From Methyloceanibacter sp. (lineage in GTDB: Bacteria; Pseudomonadota; Alphaproteobacteria; Rhizobiales; Methyloligellaceae), in assembly GCA_052039105.1 (NCBI GenBank), contig JBQGDO010000100.1, forward strand, positions 10,701 to 74,700: a stretch of 64,000 nucleotides of DNA. The letters are read 5' to 3'. Every line of letters begins with the position of its first letter. Positions within the stretch are counted from its first letter, which is position 1. The position numbers were made by a program, and so were the translations under genes. This document shows positions 28,400 to 37,247 of this stretch, piece by piece. The notes under the pieces were generated by a model. It was given only the letters and a program-made list of their open reading frames with translations. It did no database searches and was not told the origin of the DNA.

Positions 28400-29101
28400 G
28401 TGACCACCTGGGTTGCCCTGTTCATCCTCGCGCTCGCCGCCATGCTGCTGATCTCGAACGAGTCCGGCATGATCGCCGGCATCGACGCGACCACCTTCGG
28501 GTATGTCGCGCTCCTGCTCGCGCTGCTCGTCTTCATCGGCGGCGGCATGCTCGGCAGCTATCGCGGGCGCGTCGGCTCGATGGCGCGCGACGCCGTCACC
28601 TGGCTCGCGCTGGGGCTGGGGCTGGTCACCCTCTATGCCTACAAGGACGACCTGATGCCGATCGCCGCACGCGTGGTCGGCGAGCTGCTGCCCGGCAGCG
28701 CCATGACCGTGGAGCAAAGCTCGGGCGGCCTCACCGAGGTCAAGATCAGAAAGCGCCTCGACGGGCATTTCACCGCCAACACCAAGGTGAACGGCAAGAC
28801 CATCTCGATGATCGTCGATACCGGCGCCTCGTCCATCGTGCTGCGGCCCGAGGACGCCAAGAAGGCCGGCATCGATGTGAAGAAGCTCACTTTTCGCGTG
28901 CCGGTGCTGACCGCCAATGGCCGCACCACCGCAGCTCGCGTGCGCCTCGAAAAAGTCTCGATCGGACCGCTCGACCGCGAGGGCGTCGATGCCCTGGTCG
29001 CCCCGCAAGGGGCGCTCACCCAGAGCCTGCTCGGTATGAGTTTCTTAAGCCGCCTGCGCTCCTATGAATTCTCCGGCGATTTCCTCACCTTGCGCGGCTA
29101 G
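28400..29101 (+). CDS. Clan AA retropepsin-like aspartic protease (TIGR02281), 3 TM
   Basis: DGHF, IVDTGAS, TANG, SLLGMSFL. Confidence 0.92.
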   Translation: MTTWVALFILALAAMLLISNESGMIAGIDATTFGYVALLLALLVFIGGGMLGSYRGRVGSMARDAVTWLALGLGLVTLYAYKDDLMPIAARVVGELLPGSAMTVEQSSGGLTEVKIRKRLDGHFTANTKVNGKTISMIVDTGASSIVLRPEDAKKAGIDVKKLTFRVPVLTANGRTTAARVRLEKVSIGPLDREGVDALVAPQGALTQSLLGMSFLSRLRSYEFSGDFLTLRG

Positions 29102-29103
29102 CA

Positions 29104-29150
29104 CCGAAAAAATCCGCAAAAGTCCGCAAAGAAACGCAAATCGCCGCCAT
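29104..29150 (+). promoter_or_regulatory. Phased 10-bp-period direct repeats (CCGCAAA consensus)
   Basis: CCGAAAA, CCGCAAA, CCGCAAA, ACGCAAA, CCGCCAT starting at 29104, 29114, 29124, 29134, 29144. Confidence 0.5.
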
Positions 29151-29170
29151 TTCGGGAGCGTTGCGAGTCC

Positions 29171-29719
29171 ATGGGTTCGGCGGCCAAGAATCTGCTGCAA
29201 GAGGGGCTGCTCTGGGGCGCCGTGGCGCTTGGCGGCTTCGCGCTCTTCTATTTTTTCGACGATCTAAAAGCGGCCCTCGCCCCGAACGCTGAAGCGCCAG
29301 CGATCGCCGAACTGAGTGCGCCGGAGCCCTCCGCCGCAAGCGGATGGAGCGGCGAGGTACGGCTCAAGGCCGATCCCATGGGGCACTTTATGGTTCCCGC
29401 CGAGGTCAATGGGCGGTCGGCGGATTTCATGGCCGACACCGGCGCCACCCTCGTCGTCCTGACCTACGAAGACGCCGTGCGGCTGGGCCTGTCGCCGCAT
29501 AGCCTCGAATTCAACGGCATGGCGCAGACCGCCAACGGCATCGCCCGCGTGGCCCCGGTGAGCCTGGACCGCGTGCAGGTGGAGGACATCACCGTGCGCG
29601 ATGTCCCCGCCGTGATCGCGGAGAAAGGCGCACTCGCCACCAACCTGCTCGGCATGAGCTTCCTGGGCCGGCTGAAAAGCTTCCAGATGCAAGGCAGCGA
29701 ACTGGTTCTGATCAAGTAA
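29171..29719 (+). CDS. Second clan AA aspartic protease (TIGR02281), 1 TM
   Basis: GHF, ADTGAT, TANG, NLLGMSFL. Confidence 0.92.
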   Translation: MGSAAKNLLQEGLLWGAVALGGFALFYFFDDLKAALAPNAEAPAIAELSAPEPSAASGWSGEVRLKADPMGHFMVPAEVNGRSADFMADTGATLVVLTYEDAVRLGLSPHSLEFNGMAQTANGIARVAPVSLDRVQVEDITVRDVPAVIAEKGALATNLLGMSFLGRLKSFQMQGSELVLIK

Positions 29720-29786
29720 TTGGTCTGCGGAACCGCGGCCCACAGCTCGCTGTTGGTTGACAGACAAAAATCGCTTAAGAGGCAGC

Positions 29787-31289
29787 ATGCTCCCCAAGCC
29801 CCGCCAAGACCTTGTGCCCAATACCGCCGAATTCGAGCGCCTGCCTTTCGTCAAGCAAACCGGTTTCCGCGAATACGACGCCCGCTGGCGCTACCCCGAG
29901 GAGATCAACCTGCTCGGGCTTCAGGCCGTCGGCCTCGGCCTTGCCACCTTGATGCGCGCGCGCGGCGTGCCGGTCAGGGTCGTGGTCGGCCACGATTACC
30001 GCTCCTATTCCGCGGCGGTGAAGGCAGCGCTCACCACCGGACTGATGTCCGGCGGCGCCGAGGTGCACGATATCGGGCTCGCACTGTCTCCGATGGCCTA
30101 TTTCGCGCAATTCGCCCTCGGCGTCGAAGGCGTGGCCATGGTCACCGCGAGCCACAACGACAATGGCTGGACCGGCATCAAGATGGGCATGCAGAGGCCC
30201 CTCACCTTCGCGCCCGACGACATGACCGCGCTGAAGGAGATCGTATTGAACGCCGACTTCGGCCCGCAGAACGAAGGCGGGCGCTACATCTACGTGCCCG
30301 ACCTGCCCGAGCGCTATATGGCCGACCTGCTCAAGCGCCCGAAATTCTTGCGCCCGATGAAGGCGGTCGTCTCTTGCGGCAATGGCACCGCCGGCGCATT
30401 CGTTCCGCGCGTGTTGAGCGAGCTTGGCATCGAAGTCATCCCGCTCAATTGCGAGCTCGACTACACCTTCCCGGCGCACAATCCCAATCCCGAGGATCTC
30501 GGCATGCTTGACGCCACCCGCGACGCGGTGCTTGCGCATAAAGCCGATCTCGGGCTTGCCTTCGACGGAGACGGCGACCGCTGCGGCGTGGTCGACAACG
30601 AAGGCGAAGCGATCTTCGCCGATAAGGTCGGTGTGATGCTCGCCCGCGACATTGCCGCGCGCAATCCCGGCGCGCTGTTCGTCGCCGACGTGAAATCGAC
30701 CGGCCTGTTCCTCACCGATCCGGTGCTGAAGCAGCATGGTGCCAAGACCACGTTCTGGAAGACCGGACACTCCTACATCAAGCGCTATAGCCACGAGACC
30801 GGCGCGCTGGTCGGCTTCGAGAAGTCCGGCCATTTCTTCTTCAACCCGCCGCTCGGACGCGGCTACGATGACGGGCTTGTCGCGGCGCTCGCCGTGCTCG
30901 ACATGCTCGACCGCAATCCCGGCAAGACGCTTGCCGAGCTGAAGCGCGAGCTGCCGCAGACTTGGCAATCGCCGACCATGTCGCCGCATTGCGACGACGA
31001 AAAGAAATATGGCGTGGTCGACCGCGTGGTGAAGCATTTCGAGAAGGTTGCCGCCAATGGCGGCGAGCTGGCCGGGCAGAAGATCCGCGAACTCATCACC
31101 GTCAACGGCATCCGCATCGTGCTTGAGGATGGAACCTGGGGCTTGGTCCGCGCGTCATCGAACAAGCCGGAGCTTGTGGTGGTCGTCGAAAGTCCGACCT
31201 CCGAGGCCAACATGCGGGCGATCTTCGCCGAGATCGACCGGCAACTCGCCAAGCAGCCGGAGGTGGGCGAATATAATCAGAAGATTTAG
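29787..31289 (+). CDS. Phosphomannomutase/phosphoglucomutase
   Basis: FREYDAR, VTASHN, FDGDGDR, FEKSGH, RASSN. Confidence 0.95.
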   Translation: MLPKPRQDLVPNTAEFERLPFVKQTGFREYDARWRYPEEINLLGLQAVGLGLATLMRARGVPVRVVVGHDYRSYSAAVKAALTTGLMSGGAEVHDIGLALSPMAYFAQFALGVEGVAMVTASHNDNGWTGIKMGMQRPLTFAPDDMTALKEIVLNADFGPQNEGGRYIYVPDLPERYMADLLKRPKFLRPMKAVVSCGNGTAGAFVPRVLSELGIEVIPLNCELDYTFPAHNPNPEDLGMLDATRDAVLAHKADLGLAFDGDGDRCGVVDNEGEAIFADKVGVMLARDIAARNPGALFVADVKSTGLFLTDPVLKQHGAKTTFWKTGHSYIKRYSHETGALVGFEKSGHFFFNPPLGRGYDDGLVAALAVLDMLDRNPGKTLAELKRELPQTWQSPTMSPHCDDEKKYGVVDRVVKHFEKVAANGGELAGQKIRELITVNGIRIVLEDGTWGLVRASSNKPELVVVVESPTSEANMRAIFAEIDRQLAKQPEVGEYNQKI

Positions 31290-31366
31290 GCGGCCGGCAC
31301 CGCCACAGAACCGTCAGCTGCCTGTCGCAAATTTGCAAAACGAATCTGCTTGTTTGCCCAAGCGCC

Positions 31367-31987
31367 ATGACCGATTTCGTTCTCGCCAGTACCGTCTTCG
31401 CAGCAGGTTTCGCCGCCGGCGCCACGCTCGATCTCTTGCTGCTGCGCACCTATCTGGCTCCCCCCTTCCGCATCTGGCCGACTCCCGAGCCCGGAAGCTG
31501 GCAGAGCCTGACCTTCTGGGGATTGTTCCGCGGCGGCATGGTGCTCACCTTCGCCGTCGCGCTGTTGGATTGGAATAGCGCGGGCCTGCTCGCTGCGAGC
31601 CGCTATCTCATCGGCCTGCCGCTGTTCCTTGTTGGCTTCGGCATCACCGTGTTCGGCTATTTCAACCTCGGCCTCGGCAATACCTATTGCGGGGCCGATG
31701 GCCTCGTGAGACACGGGCTCTATCGCTTCAGCCGCAACCCGCAATATACCTCTTCCATCCTCGGCCTCATCGGGCTGGCGATCTGCGCCAATTCCTGGCT
31801 CACTCTGCCGCTCGCGTTTTTGATGAGCGCGGCCTATGTGCTGATGGCACTCACAGAAGAGGCGTGGCTCGAGCGGCATTACGGCGCGTCCTATCAGGAA
31901 TATTGCCAGCGCACTGCCCGCTTCATCGACGTGCCGGAATTGCTGGCACTCATCGAGCGCAAAAAGCCTTCGCGCCAGACGAGCTAA
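31367..31987 (+). CDS. Isoprenylcysteine/phospholipid methyltransferase family membrane protein
   Basis: GLYRFSRNPQY, EEAWLERHYG.Y.EY...RF. Confidence 0.85.
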   Translation: MTDFVLASTVFAAGFAAGATLDLLLLRTYLAPPFRIWPTPEPGSWQSLTFWGLFRGGMVLTFAVALLDWNSAGLLAASRYLIGLPLFLVGFGITVFGYFNLGLGNTYCGADGLVRHGLYRFSRNPQYTSSILGLIGLAICANSWLTLPLAFLMSAAYVLMALTEEAWLERHYGASYQEYCQRTARFIDVPELLALIERKKPSRQTS

Positions 31988-31993
31988 CTAGCG

Positions 31994-33004
31994 CTACTCG
32001 GCGGCAATAGCAGTCTGGCGCTCCTCGCCGGCGACGATGCGGCGCGCAGCTTCGAGCACCTCGAGCCCCGCACCATCAAGATGCGCATGCTCGGCGAGAT
32101 GGCGGCGGAAGACCCGCGCGCGCGGCTGTCCGTGAAACAGACCGAGAATGTGCCGCGTCATCTGGTTGAGCCGCGCGCCGCCCGCGAGCTGTCGCTCCAC
32201 ATAGGGCGTGAAGCGATCGAGCACGTCGAGCCGCGACGGCGGAGTGTGCGGCTCGCCAAACAGAGCGCTATCGACTTCCGCCAGAAGATAAGGATCCGCA
32301 TATGCGGCACGGCCGAGCATGACGCCGTCCACTTGCGGCAGATGCGCTTCCGCGGCGGCGAATGACTCGATCCCGCCATTCAGCACGATCTCGAGGTCGG
32401 GCCTGCGCTGCTTCAGCCGGGCCACGCGATCATAGTCGAGCGGCGGTACGGAGCGGTTGTCCTTGGGGCTCAGGCCCTGAAGCCAAGCCTTGCGTGCATG
32501 CACGATGAAGGTCTTGCAGCCGGCCTCCGCCACGCGGCCGACGAAGCGATCGAGGCTCGCTTCGGTATCCTGATCGTCGATGCCGATGCGGCATTTTACC
32601 GTGACCGGAACTTGCACCGCCTGGCCCATCGCCGCGACGCATTCCGCCACAAGATCGGGCTCTTCCATCAGACAGGCGCCGAACCGCCCGGACTGCACGC
32701 GGTCCGACGGGCAGCCGATATTCAGATTGATCTCGTCATAGCCGTAGTCCGCACCGATCTTCGCCGCCCGGGCGAGTTTGTCCGGATCGCTGCCGCCGAG
32801 CTGCAGCCCGACCGGAGTCTCCTCGGGCGAAAAGCCCAATACGCGCTCGCGATTGCCGTAAAGAACCGCGTCAGCCGTCACCATCTCGGTGTAGAGGAAA
32901 GTCCGCCGCGAAATCAGCCGCAGGAAATAGCGGCAGTGGCGGTCGGTCCACTCCATCATCGGCGCGACACAGAAACGGTGGGTCGAGTTGCTCGTCATGT
33001 GCAT
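31994..33004 (-). CDS. dusA: tRNA-dihydrouridine synthase A
   Basis: APMMEWTDRHCR, QLGG, NIGCPSDRVQSG, KCRIG, HARKAWL; start 33004 or 32998. Confidence 0.95.
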   Translation of the reverse strand: MHMTSNSTHRFCVAPMMEWTDRHCRYFLRLISRRTFLYTEMVTADAVLYGNRERVLGFSPEETPVGLQLGGSDPDKLARAAKIGADYGYDEINLNIGCPSDRVQSGRFGACLMEEPDLVAECVAAMGQAVQVPVTVKCRIGIDDQDTEASLDRFVGRVAEAGCKTFIVHARKAWLQGLSPKDNRSVPPLDYDRVARLKQRRPDLEIVLNGGIESFAAAEAHLPQVDGVMLGRAAYADPYLLAEVDSALFGEPHTPPSRLDVLDRFTPYVERQLAGGARLNQMTRHILGLFHGQPRARVFRRHLAEHAHLDGAGLEVLEAARRIVAGEERQTAIAAE

Positions 33005-33057
33005 CACATGGCGTGGATAGGAGCCGAAGACAACCCGAAAATTCCCGGAAGAGCCTG

Positions 33058-34263
33058 CTAGTCCGGTACCACCGGCAAAGCCCGGATCGCCCGCAAGCCC
33101 GGCTGCCTGCGCCAACCGATTTCGGCGGGATCCACTGCAAGCCTGAGCTTCGGCCAGCGCGTGAACAGAGCCTTGAGGGCGCAGCGCGCCTCGATGCGTG
33201 CGAGCTGATGCCCGAGACAGAAATGGATGCCGGTGCCGAAGGCGATGTGCTTGTTCGGATGGCGCTCCAGATCGAGTGTTTCGGGATGTTCGTTGGCCGC
33301 CGGATCGTAATTCGCGGCGGTGATCATCGCCATGATGCGGTCGCCGCGCTTGAGCTTCACGCCGCACAACTCGAGGTCCCGTTGCACGAAGCGCGGCTTG
33401 GAGAATTGCACCGGCGAGACAAAGCGCAGGAACTCTTCGACACCGAGATCGGCCCGCCGCCAGTCCTCCTCAATCCAGTCGCGCAGCGCCGGATTCTTCA
33501 AAAGCTCAAACACCGAGCCGCTGATCAGATGCGTGGTGGTCTCGTGCCCGGCGAAAAGCAATAGAAAGACCATCGCCACCATCTCTTCGCGGCTGAGCTT
33601 GGCGCCGTCCTTCTCGACCTTGATCAACTCGGCGATCAGCCCCTCCCCGCCGCTTGCGCGCGCCGATTCGAGATGCTCGATCAGATAGCGCCGGATCGAA
33701 CGGACGCCATAGGTCATGCGCCAGAGAAAGCCGATCGTGCTGCGTACATCGGTGAGATTGCCGGCCCAAGCCATGAATTTCGGCCGGTCGGTCGCAGGCA
33801 GTCCGAGCAATTCGCAGATGACGGAGAGTGGAAGGATGCGCGCGCAGCGCTGGACCAGATCCGCTGGGATGCCTTCGTCGAAGAGCTGGGCCGCAAGCGC
33901 GTCGGCAATGACGAGGATGCGCGGCTCCATCTCGAGGATGGCGCGGCGGCGGAAGGCCTCGTCGACGATGCTGCGCAGCCGCGTGTGATCCGGCTCATCA
34001 TTCGTCAGCATGTTGCTGGCGACGACACGGAACAAGCTTGGCATCCACCAGCGCATGCCGGCCACCTTGCCGTCTTTGCGTAAAGTGAACGTCTCGTTGT
34101 CCTTGAGCATGCGGCCGGCCGCCTCTTGCGTCGTGGTAATCCAGACCTTGCCGATGATCGGGAAGCGCGTTTCGACCACCGGTCCCGCCGCGCGCAAGCG
34201 CACAATTCCGGCCGCCGGGTCGCGCAGGAAATCCTGACTCGTAAAATCGAATTTCAAGGTCAT
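33058..34263 (-). CDS. Cytochrome P450
   Basis: DEPDHTRLR, AGHETT, EEFLR, AFGTGIHFCLG. Confidence 0.96.
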   Translation of the reverse strand: MTLKFDFTSQDFLRDPAAGIVRLRAAGPVVETRFPIIGKVWITTTQEAAGRMLKDNETFTLRKDGKVAGMRWWMPSLFRVVASNMLTNDEPDHTRLRSIVDEAFRRRAILEMEPRILVIADALAAQLFDEGIPADLVQRCARILPLSVICELLGLPATDRPKFMAWAGNLTDVRSTIGFLWRMTYGVRSIRRYLIEHLESARASGGEGLIAELIKVEKDGAKLSREEMVAMVFLLLFAGHETTTHLISGSVFELLKNPALRDWIEEDWRRADLGVEEFLRFVSPVQFSKPRFVQRDLELCGVKLKRGDRIMAMITAANYDPAANEHPETLDLERHPNKHIAFGTGIHFCLGHQLARIEARCALKALFTRWPKLRLAVDPAEIGWRRQPGLRAIRALPVVPD

Positions 34264-34355
34264 GGCTTAGGGAAGCGCAGGCGTTGGCGAATGCGTGTCG
34301 ATCTACTGCCGGCAGGTGGTCTCAGTGTGACACGGTGCAGACGATTGCGGGGCGG

Positions 34356-34673
34356 CTATCCGTAGCGCTCGCCCCAATTGTAGAGAGCTTTCAGCACCGG
34401 ACCGAGCGCTTTGCCTTTATCGGTGAGCAAATATTCGTAACGGGGCGGATGACTCTCATAGAGACGCGTCGCTATCACGCCTTTTGCCTCGAGCGTCTTC
34501 AGTCTCGCCGACAGCGTATTTGGCGCAACGCCGGGGAGACCCTCCTCGAGTGCCTGAAACCGCAGTGGTCCCTTGCGGAAGAGGTCGCGAAGGATCAGCA
34601 GCGACCATTTCTCGCCGATCACGTCGAGCGCCACCGCTACCGGGCATTCCTTCTGGCCGTATCCGCTTTTCAT
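34356..34673 (-). CDS. HxlR family winged-helix regulator
   Basis: CPVAVALDVIGEKWSLLI, LSARLKTL, PPRYEYLLT.KG. Confidence 0.92.
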   Translation of the reverse strand: MKSGYGQKECPVAVALDVIGEKWSLLILRDLFRKGPLRFQALEEGLPGVAPNTLSARLKTLEAKGVIATRLYESHPPRYEYLLTDKGKALGPVLKALYNWGERYG

Positions 34674-34707
34674 GTCGGCTCGATAACCCAAGAAGGCAAA
34701 ACTTTCC

Positions 34708-34748
34708 AGTGACTACATATTGACAAGTCACTATCGAAATAATAATTG
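34708..34748. promoter_or_regulatory. Inverted-repeat operator AGTGACT-N11-AGTCACT enclosing a TTGACA -35 box
   Basis: AGTGACT 34708-34714, TTGACA 34720-34725, AGTCACT 34726-34732, AT-rich -10 region about 34738-34748, between divergent genes. Confidence 0.7.
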
Positions 34749-34778
34749 CTATCTAGGTCGCTTTCAAGAGGCGGGCAT

Positions 34779-37235
34779 ATGACCCTGGAAGGCCATCCGA
34801 CTGTGAGACGCTTGGCGAGCGCGAAAGAGGCTGCAAGCGGTTCTTCCCTTTCGCAAATCGATGCTGCCGCTTTGCGTCAGCTTGCATTCGACTGCGGCGC
34901 CGACGATGTCGGCCTGGTCGAGATCGCCCGCCCCGCGCTCGCGCCCCAGCGCGACGAGATCGTCCGCCACTATCCCTGGACCAGAACCTTGATCAGCTTC
35001 GTGACGCGCATGGCCCGTGAGCCGGTTCGCGGCGCCCCCCGCTCTGTCGCCAATCTCGAATTTCATCGCGCCGGTCACGAGGTCACCGAAATCGGCGCGG
35101 AAATCGTGTCGCAGCTTGAGGCCCGCGGCATTCGCGCGGTCAATCCCGCCATGGGCTTTCCCATGGAGATGCATCAGACCGTGCCGTGGATCGTCTCGCA
35201 CAAGCCGGTCGCGGTCGAGGCCGGGCTCGGCCATATGGGCATCCACCGCAATCTCATTCACCCGAAATTCGGCAACTTCGTCATCCTCGGCACGGTGCTC
35301 ACCGATGTCGCGGTCGAGGCTTACGATCATCCGGTCGAATACAATCCTTGCCTCGAATGCAAGCTCTGCGTTTCGGCCTGTCCCGTCGGCGCCATTGCGC
35401 CCGACGGCTCGTTCAATTTCTCGGCTTGCTTCACGCATAATTATCGCGAGTTTCTCGGCGGCTTCTCGGATTGGGTCGAGCAAGTCGCGGACTCGCGGGA
35501 TGCGCTCGACTATCGCGCCCGCATCAATGAGGGCGAGACCGCCTCGATGTGGCAAAGCCTAAGCTACGGGGCGAATTACAAATCCGCCTATTGCATGGCG
35601 GTCTGCCCGGCCGGCGAAGACGTGATCGGCCCCTATCTGCAAGACAAGCAGAAGCATCTCAAAGAGGTGGTCCGGCCGCTGCAGGAGCGCCCCGAGCCCG
35701 TCTATGTCGTCGAGGGCTCCGATGCCGAAGCGATCGCCAAGCGGAAATTCAAGAACAAGACGGTGAAGCCGGTCGGCAACGGGCTCCGGCCTCGCACCAT
35801 CGCCGGGCTGTTACAGTTCATGCCCTATGTCTTCCAGCCGAACCAGTCGCGCGGTCTCGACGCCGTCTTCCATTTCAAATTCACCGGCGCGGAGGAGCGC
35901 GAGGCATCGGTTACGATCAAGAGTCGCACGATCGACGTCAAAGACGGTCTGGTCGGCAAAGCGAATATCCGCGTCACCGCCGATGCGAGGACCTGGCTCG
36001 GCTTCCTCGCCGGCGAAAAGAGCCTGCCGCTCGCTCTGCTCAGGCGAAAGATCAAGATCAAGGGCGATCCGCGCCTGCTGCTCGCCTTCGGCAAGTGCTT
36101 TCCGCAATCCCGCGTCCGCCACAAGAAGGTGCAGATCGTCCCCGAAACCTCGCGGCTCAAAGGCGAGCCTACCCGCTATCTCCGCAACGATCCCGCGACC
36201 GGCAAGATCAGATGGCTCGGCAAGCTTGTCCTGGCCGAGACGCAAGACGTCACCCGCCACGTGAAGACCTTCCGCTTCAAGCCTGCGGATGGGACGGAAA
36301 TCCCATTCGATTACCTCCCCGGGCAGTTCTTGACCTTGCATGTCGCGCCGGGCGGTACTCCCACCAAACGCTCCTACACGATTGCCTCGACCCCGACTTG
36401 GCGCGACCGCGTCGAGATTACCGTGAAGCGCGAGGCGCACGGTCTCGTCTCGCGCTGGCTGCACGATGAGCTGCAACCGGGCGACGAGGTCGAGATCGAA
36501 GCCCCGAACGGCACGTTCTTCTTTACCGGCACGGAAGCGGAGAGCGTCGTTCTGATCGGCGGCGGTGTCGGCATTACGCCGATGATGAGCGCGGCGCGCT
36601 ATCTAACGGATACCAATTGGCCGGGGGTCTTGCACCTCATCCTGGGGTTCCGCTCCCCCGACGATTTCATTTTCCGGGCGGAGATCGCCGCACTGCAAGC
36701 CCGTAATCCCAACCTTCATGTGACGGTGACGATGAGCCGGGCCGACGCTGGGACTTGGTCGGGCCGCAGCGGTCAGATCGACGCCGCGCTGCTGGCCGAG
36801 GCGGTCCCAGATCTCGCCTCCCAGCGCGCGCACCTTTGCGGACCCCCGCCAATGATGAACGCTGTGAAGACCGCGCTGATGTCGCTCGGCCTGCCCGAGA
36901 TACAAATCCGCACCGAAGCTTTCGGCACCATCAAGCGCGATCCGACAGCAATGGGCGCCGCATCAACGCAGATCGCGGGAAAGGTGTACTTTCAGGCATC
37001 GAACCTCACAGCGCCCGTGTATGCAGGCGCGACGATCCTGGACACCGCAGATGCAGCGGGAGTCTTCATCGATAATGCGTGCCGCTCGGGAACTTGCGGC
37101 TCCTGCCGCGTTAAGCTCGCTTCGGGTCGTGTATCCATGCAGGTCGAGGATGCGCTTACGCGCGAAGATAAGACCGAGGGCTACATCCTCGCCTGCCAAG
37201 CCGAGATCAGCGGCGATGTCACCGTCGATGCCTAG
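34779..37235 (+). CDS. Fusion: QueG/reductive-dehalogenase-like Fe-S domain + SCP2 + FAD/NAD(P)H FNR domain + 2Fe-2S ferredoxin
   Basis: HKPVAVEAGLGHMG..LIHPKFG; CLECKLCVSACP; YCMAVCP; SCP2-like segment ending KIKIKGD; RSYTIAS, GGGVGITP, LCGP; CRSGTCGSC...C. Confidence 0.85.
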   Translation: MTLEGHPTVRRLASAKEAASGSSLSQIDAAALRQLAFDCGADDVGLVEIARPALAPQRDEIVRHYPWTRTLISFVTRMAREPVRGAPRSVANLEFHRAGHEVTEIGAEIVSQLEARGIRAVNPAMGFPMEMHQTVPWIVSHKPVAVEAGLGHMGIHRNLIHPKFGNFVILGTVLTDVAVEAYDHPVEYNPCLECKLCVSACPVGAIAPDGSFNFSACFTHNYREFLGGFSDWVEQVADSRDALDYRARINEGETASMWQSLSYGANYKSAYCMAVCPAGEDVIGPYLQDKQKHLKEVVRPLQERPEPVYVVEGSDAEAIAKRKFKNKTVKPVGNGLRPRTIAGLLQFMPYVFQPNQSRGLDAVFHFKFTGAEEREASVTIKSRTIDVKDGLVGKANIRVTADARTWLGFLAGEKSLPLALLRRKIKIKGDPRLLLAFGKCFPQSRVRHKKVQIVPETSRLKGEPTRYLRNDPATGKIRWLGKLVLAETQDVTRHVKTFRFKPADGTEIPFDYLPGQFLTLHVAPGGTPTKRSYTIASTPTWRDRVEITVKREAHGLVSRWLHDELQPGDEVEIEAPNGTFFFTGTEAESVVLIGGGVGITPMMSAARYLTDTNWPGVLHLILGFRSPDDFIFRAEIAALQARNPNLHVTVTMSRADAGTWSGRSGQIDAALLAEAVPDLASQRAHLCGPPPMMNAVKTALMSLGLPEIQIRTEAFGTIKRDPTAMGAASTQIAGKVYFQASNLTAPVYAGATILDTADAAGVFIDNACRSGTCGSCRVKLASGRVSMQVEDALTREDKTEGYILACQAEISGDVTVDA

Positions 37236-37247
37236 GAGGATCTTCCA

